This document shows, one piece after another, positions 1 through 9,272 of a stretch of DNA of 64,000 nt. Below the pieces are notes generated by a model. It worked only from the letters and a program-made list of their open reading frames with translations. It had not been told where the DNA came from and searched no databases. Source of the DNA: Rhodothermales bacterium (GTDB lineage: Bacteria; Bacteroidota; Rhodothermia; Rhodothermales; Bin80); contig OX638318.1 in NCBI GenBank assembly GCA_951812585.1, positions 1,794,380-1,858,379 on the forward strand, given 5' to 3'. The position numbers and the translations under genes are program-made. Positions within the stretch are counted from its first letter, which is position 1. Each line of letters starts with the position of its first letter.

Positions 1-869
1 TAGATGTTGTTGCGCACACGCTCCTGCAGCATGGGCTCGTAGCGCGCGATCAGGTCAATAAGCGTTTCCGCAATCGGTGTGATCAGGCTCTCGCACGCCT
101 GCGTGATCTCGGCCGTGATGTCGTGCGGTACAAACTTTCCGGCTACCGGCATCTGCACGACGATGCGGCCTTTGGCCTTGCCGACGCGGCCGTGCGTTTC
201 TTTCAGCTGCCGGACCTGTGTTTCGCTGATGCGGGTGGACGGGTATTTTTCGCGGAGAAGGCTGTAGAGCTGTTTGTCCACGGTATCGCCGGCAGTGCGG
301 AGGGTGCGCTGGTCCTCTTCTGTGGGCATGGTGCCATGCATTACGCAGAAGTCGATCGTGCCCGCGCCGATGTCAACGACGCAGGCATTGTTGAGTGCGC
401 CGAGGCTGTAGGCTACGGCAAAGGGCTCCGAAATAACCATGAGCGTGTCCGCGTATTCGCGCACGGCCTCCCGGATGGCCAGCTTATTGGCGGTCAGTGC
501 CTCGGCAGGGACCCCGACCGCGGCATAGATCTTTTGACCTTTTTCTGCCTGGACCAGGTTGATCAGGTGATGAATCAGCTGCCGGACCGCCTCCTCGTCG
601 CGCTGTGTGCCATCGCGTATCACTCCGTATTCCAGCGGGCGCACCAGATCGACCGAAAGGCGGTGGTCAATGGCCTCTGCGCCAAAGATGACCTCTTTCT
701 TCAGCATCTTGCGCGCGATGAAATCCTTGGGCCAGCCGACGAAGCTGTATTCCCAGTGTCGTTGGCCGTTGCTCGCGACGATGGCGCTCCTGGATGTGCC
801 GAGGTCAATGCCGACATGCAGGACCTGTGCTATCTCGCCGTTCTTCTTGCCGGTACTCTTCTCAGACAT
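1..869 (-). CDS. MamK-family (MreB/MamK/Salactin-like) bacterial actin, 3' end truncated by window edge
   Basis: Manual translation from ATG at 869 gives 289 stop-free codons: MSEKSTG...VGIDLGTSRSAI...VGWPKD...PLEYGV...AAVGVPA...VISEPFAVAYSL...VVDIGAGTIDF...GTMPTEEDQRTL.TAGDTVDKQL...ACESL...RNNI. Motifs are colinear with MamK as recalled. Absent from the ORF track because it has no stop inside the window. Confidence 0.88.
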   Translation of the reverse strand, partial: MSEKSTGKKNGEIAQVLHVGIDLGTSRSAIVASNGQRHWEYSFVGWPKDFIARKMLKKEVIFGAEAIDHRLSVDLVRPLEYGVIRDGTQRDEEAVRQLIHHLINLVQAEKGQKIYAAVGVPAEALTANKLAIREAVREYADTLMVISEPFAVAYSLGALNNACVVDIGAGTIDFCVMHGTMPTEEDQRTLRTAGDTVDKQLYSLLREKYPSTRISETQVRQLKETHGRVGKAKGRIVVQMPVAGKFVPHDITAEITQACESLITPIAETLIDLIARYEPMLQERVRNNI

Positions 870-1153
870 AGTGCCAGTGGTGTAATAGTCGGCTCAATGT
901 GCGTACACCCACCAAATGAAGCCACGCTCAAAAGATACAAAGAATTACATGTCTCCAAGTCTCGGGCGAGTGCACGTCAGGTCCAGCCGTGCACTGACTG
1001 TCGCAGCGGCAGGCCGGGCGTATGCTGCCAGAGCGCCACTGCTTGTATCTCCGGGCATGCGCGTCCTATGCCAGGCTCTGCGAACGGCACTGGCCGGTGC
1101 TCCTCCTGCAGGATAGCACAGCGAATGGGTGCGCCCGGCGGTGCCCAACCGGC

Positions 1154-2257
1154 TCACTTGGCGCGGCCGGCGTGCTTGGACGGAAGCGACGTTCCGATCA
1201 CGGCAGAAGATCGGGTGGTTTTCTCCTCCTGAATGCCCGCGGCAGCGGCGGCATAGTGCAAGATGCCATCAAACAGTGCCGTGGCGATCCGCTCGCGATA
1301 CTCGTCTGAAAACAGCCGCTTTTCGTCTGGCAAATGGTTGATGACAGCAATCTCTGTCAGGATGGCAGGGACAGCCATCTCTCCCATCGCGTCGCCGCGC
1401 TGCCACCGATTCGACAGCACGGAGAACGGTCCGCCCTTGACGCCCCAGTTTTCCACCAAAGGATTGACTTCGCTGATGGCCTCATAGAGCGACGATTGCA
1501 CGGCCTCGGCAAAACGAATGGACTCTTGTCGCTTCACGGTGCTGGCCAGCGCCCGCAGATGGCCGCGCCACTCCGCGATCGTGAACCCGGAGTTGACGTT
1601 TTCGCGCATGGCAAGGCGCTCTGCCGCGGCCGTGCCGCGCGTACTGAAATAGAACGTCTCAATGGTGGACTTCGGATTGGTTTCTAAGGCATTCACATGA
1701 ATGGACAGCAGTATGTCCGCACGTTTGGCCACGGCGAAGGCTACGCGCTCCTTCAAAGTCAGCGTCGTATCAGCGTTACGCGTCAGCCAGACTTCAAAGC
1801 CGTATCGCTGCAGCTTGCGCTCGAGCCGAAGCGCAACATCCAGGGCAACCGTTTTCTCGGTCAATCCCGAAGTTCCTACCGCACCCGGGTCTTTCCCGCC
1901 ATGGCCGGGGTCCAAGACGATGGTCTGGATGCCCAGACCATAGACGCTCGCCAGCGGAAGGTCGGCATCCAGCGACGGGTCGGCGTCCAACGACGGGCCG
2001 GTGGCCAGCGTCTCTAAACCAGTCTCGTATGCCGAGCGAATCGGCTCTGCCGCCCGCAGTGGTTCTTCGCTAAGGAGCGCCGTCTCAGGCGGATAGGCCC
2101 CGATACCGCCAAAGATGGCTGCAAGAAAGGCGGCGAAGATAAACGTGCGGTTGGCAAGCGACGCCCGGGGCGCGGCCACCGCACGCTGGATGCCCCGGTT
2201 ATCTTCGTAGACCTCCTTCAGCAGTGTGGCCCGAGCTTTGGGTCGCTTTCCGATCAT
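1154..2257 (-). CDS. N-acetylmuramoyl-L-alanine amidase (Amidase_3) with N-terminal membrane anchor
   Basis: IVLDPGHGGKDPGA, EKTVAL, LLSIHVNA and AILTE zinc-amidase motifs; hydrophobic stretch near the N-terminus. Confidence 0.92.
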   Translation of the reverse strand: MIGKRPKARATLLKEVYEDNRGIQRAVAAPRASLANRTFIFAAFLAAIFGGIGAYPPETALLSEEPLRAAEPIRSAYETGLETLATGPSLDADPSLDADLPLASVYGLGIQTIVLDPGHGGKDPGAVGTSGLTEKTVALDVALRLERKLQRYGFEVWLTRNADTTLTLKERVAFAVAKRADILLSIHVNALETNPKSTIETFYFSTRGTAAAERLAMRENVNSGFTIAEWRGHLRALASTVKRQESIRFAEAVQSSLYEAISEVNPLVENWGVKGGPFSVLSNRWQRGDAMGEMAVPAILTEIAVINHLPDEKRLFSDEYRERIATALFDGILHYAAAAAGIQEEKTTRSSAVIGTSLPSKHAGRAK

Positions 2258-2332
2258 TGGAGTGCTGCGGGCGCGTGGTTGCGAATCCCTGCGAAGGAAT
2301 TGTTGTCAGAACTTTGAGTTATTGCCCGACGG

Positions 2333-3226
2333 CTAGACTGCTATGGGTGCTGCGATAGCCGGATGGTGGCGGTAGCCGTGCAGGGCAAAGTCTTCATATG
2401 TGTATTCAAAGATGGAGGCAGGTTTCCGCGTGATTTGCAGGGTGGGTAATGAATAGGGTGAACGGCCCAGTTGTTCCCTGACCTGATCCAGGTGATTCAG
2501 GTAGGTGTGCGCGTCCCCTATGGTATAGACCAGCTCGCCCGGCACCAGATCCAGCTGATGCGCCACCATGTGCGTGAGCAGCGCATACTGAGCGATGTTG
2601 AACGGGGCACCCAGAAAAAGGTCGTTGGAGCGCACATACAACTGGCACGACAGCCGACGCTTCGCCGCATAGAACTGGAAGAACATGTGGCAGGGTGGCA
2701 GAGCCATCTGCGGCGTCTCGGGCGGGTTCCAAGCGCTGACCACATGGCGGCGGCTAAACGGCTGCGTCCGCAAACTGTCGATAACCGCTGCGATCTGATC
2801 CGTCCCCCCGAAGCTTCTCCACTGTTGGCCGTAGACCGGGCCAAGGGCACCCTGTTCGGCGGCGAAAGCCGCGTCATCGCGAATTCGAGCCTCGAACGAA
2901 TGCATGAGCGCCTTCCATTCGGCACTGTCGGAGGGCGGAACCGGCTGCCCCGTCTGTTCCAGATAGCGCTGCAGTGGCCAGGCCGTCCAGATGGAGATCC
3001 TCTGGTCGACTAGCGGCTTGATATTCGTACTGCCCGAAAGGAACCAGAGCATTTCGCACGCCAGACCACGAAACCACACGCGCTTGGTGGTGCACAGCGG
3101 GAACCCCGCTGCAAGGTCGAACCGCATCTGGTGGCCAAATACGCTGAGGGTACCGGTGCCGGTCCGATCTTCCCTACGGACACCCTCATCCATGACGCGC
3201 TGAAGCAAGTCGAGGTATACTTTCAT
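2333..3226 (-). CDS. thyA: thymidylate synthase (long, small-domain insertion type)
   Basis: [38 protein letters not shown] motifs. Confidence 0.98.
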   Translation of the reverse strand: MKVYLDLLQRVMDEGVRREDRTGTGTLSVFGHQMRFDLAAGFPLCTTKRVWFRGLACEMLWFLSGSTNIKPLVDQRISIWTAWPLQRYLEQTGQPVPPSDSAEWKALMHSFEARIRDDAAFAAEQGALGPVYGQQWRSFGGTDQIAAVIDSLRTQPFSRRHVVSAWNPPETPQMALPPCHMFFQFYAAKRRLSCQLYVRSNDLFLGAPFNIAQYALLTHMVAHQLDLVPGELVYTIGDAHTYLNHLDQVREQLGRSPYSLPTLQITRKPASIFEYTYEDFALHGYRHHPAIAAPIAV

Positions 3227-3336
3227 GCGATCGGCGGAACGCCTGAAGGCCTGAAGGAGTTTTCAGCACCAACTGTTTTTGACACGATGCTGTGGTCGCT
3301 GTGCTCGATCTCGGCCAGGAAGCACAAAATACTCCT

Positions 3337-3597
3337 ATGGATCCCAACTTGCACCAGAAGAAGGGCATTGAGCATCTCAACAAGGTGCTGCAATATGCAC
3401 CGATGGTCGCCGCGGACGGCAAGGCCACCGTACATCTGACCACTGAGGACTGGCATGTCGTTGCGGACACGCTCTTTCGCATGAACACGCCGCACGAGAT
3501 TCTGCCCGCGGCAATCACCGGCTTCCGCCTGGGGGAAGACCATCGCAGCATCGAGCTTTCAACCGCGACGCTGGCGATCCGCGTAGAGCCGTTTTAG
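3337..3597 (+). CDS. small hypothetical protein (about 86 aa), divergent from thyA
   Basis: MDPNLHQKKGIEHLNKVLQYAPMV...; protein-like composition and codon use. Start at ATG 3337 chosen over GTG 3292. Confidence 0.65.
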   Translation: MDPNLHQKKGIEHLNKVLQYAPMVAADGKATVHLTTEDWHVVADTLFRMNTPHEILPAAITGFRLGEDHRSIELSTATLAIRVEPF

Positions 3598-3982
3598 TTG
3601 GGGGCACGCAGCTTGTTCATGTTTGCCTACAACAAGAACAACAATAAGGTCTGCAAGAAGACCTGAAAGAAGATCTGCCGCGGTCTACTCAGTGCCCTGG
3701 CTTCGCCGGTTGCCTATTGGCAGAGGTTCGCGGCTGCCGCATTTGCGCCCATGCCCCTGCATGCGTGCTGATGCGCTCTCATGCTAACAAGCGAACCCGC
3801 TTCGGTGCCATGGAGTGCCGTGCTGCCGCTGCCGTGCGCGCCGCTTTCCGCTTCTGCACCGGCCCGTCCTTACGCGCAGAGCTTTTGCGGTGCCGGCGAC
3901 GCTGGGACGGGCATCTCGCTGCATGGGCGGGGCCTGTCATTGTTGTGCACGGCGAAGTATTTTGGGCGGAGCCACTTACCAT

Positions 3983-5191
3983 ATGAGCCCGGGCATCCTC
4001 CTTGTTGGCACGCTCGATACCAAGGAGCGTGAGTTTGTATTTGCCCGCGACCTGATCCATGCGCGCGGGCTTCGGGCGATCATGATGGATGCGGGCATAA
4101 TGGGCGCGCCCGTCGCCGCACCGGAAATTGATGCTGCCGCGGTGGCTGAGGCGGGAGGCAGCACCTTGGAGACCCTGCGGTCTGCGGGCAATCGCGCTGC
4201 AGCACTAGAGGTCATGACACGCGGCGCCTGCACGCTGGCCGCGGGCCTTTTTGACGAAGGAAAGGTGGCTGCCGTTATGGGGCTAGGCGGCAGCGGCGGC
4301 ACGGCGATTGCAACGGCGGTGATGCGATTGCTTCCCGTGGGCGTGCCCAAGGTCATGCTTTCAACACTGGCTTCGGGTGATGTGGGGCCGTACGTCGGCG
4401 GGACCGATATTGCTATGATGTACTCGGTGGTGGACATTGCCGGCCTCAACAGAATCTCGCGGCCCATCATAGCCAACGCGGTGGGCGCAGTGTGCGGCAT
4501 GGTGGAACAGGCGGTGCCCGCCAGCGACGACAAGCCGCTGATAGCGGCTACCATGTTTGGCGTGACTACACCGTGCGTGATGCGGGTACAGGCCACGCTG
4601 GCGTCGGCAGGCTACGAGGTAGTGGTGTTTCACGCGACCGGAACCGGCGGGCGCACCATGGAGAGGCTGATTGACAGCGGGTTCTTCGCAGCCGTAGCGG
4701 ATGTCACCACAACAGAATGGTGCGACGAGGTGGTGGGCGGCGTCCTGAGCGCAGGACCGGACCGGCTAGGGGCCGCCGCGCGGCGCGGCATCCCGCAGGT
4801 GGTGTCGTGTGGGGCGCTGGACATGGTCAACTTCCGCGGTGCAGCAACCATCCCGGCGCAGTTTAAAGGGCGCAACCTGTTCGAGCACAACGCCAACGTG
4901 ACGCTGATGCGCACCAGTCCGGCGGAATGCCGCCGTATCGGCGCGTGCATCGCCCATCAGCTGAACCAGGCAACGGGGCCGGTTACGCTGCTGCTTCCGC
5001 TGCGGGGTGTCAGCGCCATCGACAAGGAAGGGCAGCCTTTTCATGATCCCGACGCCAATGCCGCGCTGTTCGAGTCGCTGCGTCAGAGCGTCGCGCCCCA
5101 TGTGGAAATTGTCGCGCTGGACCTGCATATCAATGACGACGAATTCGCCGATGCGCTGGCGAAGCGCGTCCTGGCCCTGATGCGAGGATAG
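3983..5191 (+). CDS. Tm-1-like ATP-binding domain protein (UPF0261)
   Basis: GTLDTK, GLGGSGGT, GVPKVMLST, SVVDIAGLN, TMFGVTTPC, FHATGTGG motifs. Start at ATG 3983 (MSPGILLVG). Confidence 0.93.
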   Translation: MSPGILLVGTLDTKEREFVFARDLIHARGLRAIMMDAGIMGAPVAAPEIDAAAVAEAGGSTLETLRSAGNRAAALEVMTRGACTLAAGLFDEGKVAAVMGLGGSGGTAIATAVMRLLPVGVPKVMLSTLASGDVGPYVGGTDIAMMYSVVDIAGLNRISRPIIANAVGAVCGMVEQAVPASDDKPLIAATMFGVTTPCVMRVQATLASAGYEVVVFHATGTGGRTMERLIDSGFFAAVADVTTTEWCDEVVGGVLSAGPDRLGAAARRGIPQVVSCGALDMVNFRGAATIPAQFKGRNLFEHNANVTLMRTSPAECRRIGACIAHQLNQATGPVTLLLPLRGVSAIDKEGQPFHDPDANAALFESLRQSVAPHVEIVALDLHINDDEFADALAKRVLALMRG

Positions 5192-5316
5192 CCAATGGAA
5201 GGCAGCACCAGGCCCCGCCGCGCTTGCGGCACAACGACCGCACGGCGCATTACCCCACGCGCTGCCACACCCGTACGGCGCCTTCATAAAGCGCGTTTGC
5301 ATCAACCACTATAGCT

Positions 5317-5724
5317 ATGCAGCAAATCGGCTGTTGCCAGATCGCCTACGCGCCCGATGCGGAAACGCTGATCTTTGACTGGGGCACCATAAAGATCCTG
5401 AGTGAGCCTGCGTTCGCGGGCGGCAGCACGATGACCTTTGCCGAGGTCGCAGTGTATCCGGGTACCGGACACGCGCGCCACAAGCACGACAATGCTGACG
5501 AGATCATCTACGTGCTGGAAGGAGAAGCGCTGCAGATGCTGGACGACAAGCCCTCGGTGCCCGTGCGTGCAGGTGCCAGCATATACGTGCCGCGGGGGAC
5601 ATTTCACGGGACGCAGAACACGGGTTCGGGCGTACTTCGACTCGTAGTCGTCTATGCGCCGGCTGGAGAGGAGAAGATTCTGCGGGCTCTCCCTGGCGTG
5701 CACATAAAACCTGCGGAGCGATGA
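5317..5724 (+). CDS. cupin domain protein
   Basis: HxHxxxxE (HKHDNADE) and G-x-x-H (GTFH) metal-binding cupin motifs; ATGA overlap with the next gene. Confidence 0.88.
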   Translation: MQQIGCCQIAYAPDAETLIFDWGTIKILSEPAFAGGSTMTFAEVAVYPGTGHARHKHDNADEIIYVLEGEALQMLDDKPSVPVRAGASIYVPRGTFHGTQNTGSGVLRLVVVYAPAGEEKILRALPGVHIKPAER

Positions 5725-8700
5725 GATACTTTGCTGTCATGCTCGTGCTTTGCGCCGCTTGCCAAACGGCTGATAACGGTCCGCGGCGCATTGAGGTGCT
5801 CTTTTTGGGCCATGAAAGTCGGCACCACGACGCGCAGACCTATGCGCCGCTATTGGCCTCGGCGCTGGCTACGCACGGGATCAACATTTCCTACACCAAT
5901 GCGGTGTCGTCGCTAAGCAAGGACGTGCTGTCACGCTACGATGCGCTGCTCCTGTACGCCAATCATGATTCCATCAGCCAGGCGCAGGAGCGCGCACTGC
6001 TGGACTTTGTGGCGTCCGGAAAGGGATTTTTGCCGGTGCACAGCGCGAGTTACTGCTTCCGAAACTCGGAAGCCTTCATTCGCCTTGTGGGTGCTCAGTT
6101 CGAGAGTCATGGTGCCGGCATCTTCACGGCAGACATTGTGCAGCCTGATCATGCGCTCATGCAGGGCTTTGCGGCTTTTGAAACATGGGACGAAACGTAC
6201 GTGCACACGATGCACGCCGATGATCGTACCATCCTCATGGAGCGCCGGGAGGATGGACATGTGGAGCCCTGGACATGGACACGGACGCACGGCAAGGGCC
6301 GCATATTCTACACGGCTTACGGGCACGATGAGCGCACATGGAGCAACCCGGGCTTTCATGAGCTCATGCGCCGCGGCATCTTGTGGGCCGTCGGCAACGA
6401 GGGGCGCGCGCAGGCGGAGGCCTTCAGCATTGCACCGCTGGAGTACATCCTCCACGACAGCATTCCGAACTACGAAGAGCGGGATCCGCCGCCCCTGTAT
6501 CAGCTCCCGCTGGACGCGGAGCAGTCACAGCAGCACATCCAGGTGCCTCCCGGCTTCAGGCTGGAGCTCTTTGCCGCAGAACCCCTCATCCGCAACCCCA
6601 TGGCGATGGCCTGGGACGATGGGGGCCGCCTGTTCGTAATAGAAACCACGGACTATCCCAACGAGCGAAAAGACACGCCGCACGGCAATGACAGGATCAA
6701 GATCCTGGAAGACACCGATGGCGACGGGCGCGCCGATACCGCGAAGGTGTTTGCGGAAGGACTCAGCATACCGACGAGCCTCACCCCGGCACGAGGCGGC
6801 TGGATCGTGTCGCAGGCTCCCGACATGTTGTTTCTGAAAGATACCGATGGCGACGACCGGGCTGATATGCGCGAAGTGCTCTTCACCGGCTTCGGAACGT
6901 ACGACACCCACGCAGGCCCGTCCAATCTGCGCTACGGCTTTGACAACTGGATCTGGGGGACGGTCGGATACGCTAACTTTGAAGGCATGGTCGGCGCCGA
7001 TTCGCTCCGGTTTGCGCAGGGGGCCTACCGCTTCAAATCAACGGGCGATAAGCTGGAATCCATCGCCACGTTCACCAACAACACATGGGGACTGGGATTC
7101 TCGGAGGCGTTCGATGTGTTCGGCTCCACCGCCAACAATGAGCACAGCGTCTATGTCGCCATCTTTGATCGGTACTATGCGGGTGTTACGGGCCTTAAGG
7201 GCGATGGTAAGATCAAGCTAGACGGGCACTACGCTATCCGACCCATCACTCAGAATGTGCGCCAGGTGGATGTCTGGATGGGACTCACCGCCGCAGCGGG
7301 ACACAGCTTGTACACGGCGCGGGACTTTCCAGAAGAATACTGGAATCGCATCGCTTTTGTCAGCGAGCCAACCGGGCACCTCCTGCATCAGGCGATCATC
7401 GAACCCAGTGGTTCGGGCTATGTGGAGCGAGACGGATGGAACCTGTTGGCAAGCAGCGACGAGTGGGTGTCCCCCGTCCAGGCTGAGGTGGGTCCCGATG
7501 GTGCCGTCTGGGTCCTGGACTGGTACAATTTTATTGTCCAGCACAATCCTACGCCGGAGGGGTTCGGCACCGGTGCCGGCAATGCGCACATCAATGTACT
7601 TCGCGACAAGGCACATGGCCGCATATACCGCATCGTTTACGAAGGGGCGCGGCCCACGCCCTATCCGGCCCTTGGCGGTGCCAACAGCCTGGTACGGGCG
7701 CTTGCGCATTCCAACATGTTCTGGCGCATGGTGGCCCAACGACGTCTTGTTGAAGGGCAGATGACGGAAGCTGCGCCCGCGCTGATCAGACTCGTGGGAT
7801 CCAAGGGCGTAGACCAGGCAGGCCTGAACAGTCCCGCAGTGCACGCGCTCTGGACCTTGCATGGCTTGGGCCTTTTGGACGGCGGGGATGAGGCAGCGCT
7901 GGCCGCTGCCTACGGCGCATTGCGTCATGCGGCTGCAGGCGTCCGGAAGAATGCCTTGCGCGTGTTGCCGCATAGCGCAGCATCGACGCGCGCCATCATG
8001 GATGCGGGCGTGCTTGTGGACAAGGACCTCGGCGTCCGTCTTGCCGCCCTGTTGGCGCTGAGTCAGATGCCGCCTTCGGAGGCCGTGGGGCGGGCACTCT
8101 ATGCGGAAAGCCAGCGCAGCGAGGTGATCGGCGACGTGTGGCTCGGGGAAGGCCTCTACATAGCAGCCGCTGCGCACAAGGACGGGTTCTTGGCCGCCTA
8201 CCAAAAAGATGTGGCTGGTGCCGACGCGGACACGTTTGCTGCCGTCGAATGGTCTGGTTCAGGCCTTGATGACGCTGACTGGCAAACCATGGAACTGCCG
8301 AAAGCGTGGCGTCGCACAACCGACCTGCAGTCGTTTGACGGGGTGGTATGGTTTCGGAAAGAGGTCACGCTGCCTGGTGCCACATCAGACCTGACGCTCG
8401 GCCTGGGTGGCATCTACGACAGCGATGTGACCTACGTGAACGGCACGGTGGTGGGCGCTTCGAAGAATGCGTACTCCAACAAGCGCGTGTACGCCGTGCC
8501 CTCCTCCGTGCTGCGTCCGGGGCGCAACGTGATCGCTGTGCGCGTGGAAGATATCTTCGGCAACGGGGGTTTTCGAGGCGAACCGGAAGATCTTTACCTG
8601 CGCGGTGCCGGGACGGATCTGACGCTCGCGGACACCTGGCGTTACAAGGTAGAAGTGGAATATCCAGGGGGAAAGAAGGCTGATCTAAGCAGCCACATCC

Positions 8701-9125
8701 CGCTGGCGGCGCAGTTTGCGCAGCGGCAAGGCGCGGCTACCGCCGCCGAAGCGGAGGCCTTCGACCAGGAAGTCGCCCTCTCTGTGCTGCCCGGCCTCTT
8801 GCGCTTTGACCTTCCGTCGTTTACGGTTGCGGCCGGCACAACCGTGCGCCTGGTGTTCAGCAATCCGGGAGAGATGCCACACAACGCTGTGATCATCACT
8901 CCTGGCAGCACGGATGCTGTGGGCATGGCGGCAGACCAATTGGTCGGCGGAGACTACGTACCCGACATGGAGTCGGTGCTCTTTGCGACGCCGATGCTGG
9001 ATCCGGGCACCTCGGTCGTGCTGATGTTCGAGGCCCCCGCCGAACCCGGAGATTATCCATACCTCTGCACCTTCCCGGGCCATTGGCGGCTGATGCAAGG
9101 CACCATGGTAGTTACGCCACCGTAG
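5721..9125 (+). CDS. PVC-type membrane-bound dehydrogenase-like lipoprotein: ThuA + beta-propeller + HEAT + jelly-roll sugar-binding + C-terminal blue-copper (azurin/auracyanin-like) domain
   Basis: Lipobox LCAAC; ThuA (GRIFYTAYGHD); GFRLELFAAEP and DTDGDGRAD; DNWIWGTVGY; C-terminal HN...CTFPGH...M type-1 copper ligands. Confidence 0.85.
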   Translation: MRYFAVMLVLCAACQTADNGPRRIEVLFLGHESRHHDAQTYAPLLASALATHGINISYTNAVSSLSKDVLSRYDALLLYANHDSISQAQERALLDFVASGKGFLPVHSASYCFRNSEAFIRLVGAQFESHGAGIFTADIVQPDHALMQGFAAFETWDETYVHTMHADDRTILMERREDGHVEPWTWTRTHGKGRIFYTAYGHDERTWSNPGFHELMRRGILWAVGNEGRAQAEAFSIAPLEYILHDSIPNYEERDPPPLYQLPLDAEQSQQHIQVPPGFRLELFAAEPLIRNPMAMAWDDGGRLFVIETTDYPNERKDTPHGNDRIKILEDTDGDGRADTAKVFAEGLSIPTSLTPARGGWIVSQAPDMLFLKDTDGDDRADMREVLFTGFGTYDTHAGPSNLRYGFDNWIWGTVGYANFEGMVGADSLRFAQGAYRFKSTGDKLESIATFTNNTWGLGFSEAFDVFGSTANNEHSVYVAIFDRYYAGVTGLKGDGKIKLDGHYAIRPITQNVRQVDVWMGLTAAAGHSLYTARDFPEEYWNRIAFVSEPTGHLLHQAIIEPSGSGYVERDGWNLLASSDEWVSPVQAEVGPDGAVWVLDWYNFIVQHNPTPEGFGTGAGNAHINVLRDKAHGRIYRIVYEGARPTPYPALGGANSLVRALAHSNMFWRMVAQRRLVEGQMTEAAPALIRLVGSKGVDQAGLNSPAVHALWTLHGLGLLDGGDEAALAAAYGALRHAAAGVRKNALRVLPHSAASTRAIMDAGVLVDKDLGVRLAALLALSQMPPSEAVGRALYAESQRSEVIGDVWLGEGLYIAAAAHKDGFLAAYQKDVAGADADTFAAVEWSGSGLDDADWQTMELPKAWRRTTDLQSFDGVVWFRKEVTLPGATSDLTLGLGGIYDSDVTYVNGTVVGASKNAYSNKRVYAVPSSVLRPGRNVIAVRVEDIFGNGGFRGEPEDLYLRGAGTDLTLADTWRYKVEVEYPGGKKADLSSHIPLAAQFAQRQGAATAAEAEAFDQEVALSVLPGLLRFDLPSFTVAAGTTVRLVFSNPGEMPHNAVIITPGSTDAVGMAADQLVGGDYVPDMESVLFATPMLDPGTSVVLMFEAPAEPGDYPYLCTFPGHWRLMQGTMVVTPP

Positions 9126-9272
9126 CGGCAGCAGGCGGGCAGCTTCGGCGAGCAGCGGCCAGCCTGGACCCGTACTTCCAGGGTCAGTTCCTTGGTGGCC
9201 ATGAGCAGTGTCGTCGCGCTGGTGGGCGCCGGTGCGTAACGGGGCGGGCCAGCGGGGATAAGCCTGGCAGGC

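Noticed and set aside
123-1232. 369-aa plus-strand ORF
   Set aside because: Antisense shadow in register with the MamK-like gene; no recognisable motifs.
1961-1996. 18-bp in-frame duplication in the amidase (SLDADP x2); similar 12-bp duplication in the 61035 signal peptide
   Set aside because: Ordinary slippage in linker or signal regions.
2333-3226. Insertion in ThyA
   Set aside because: Matches the known long (L. casei-type) small-domain insertion.
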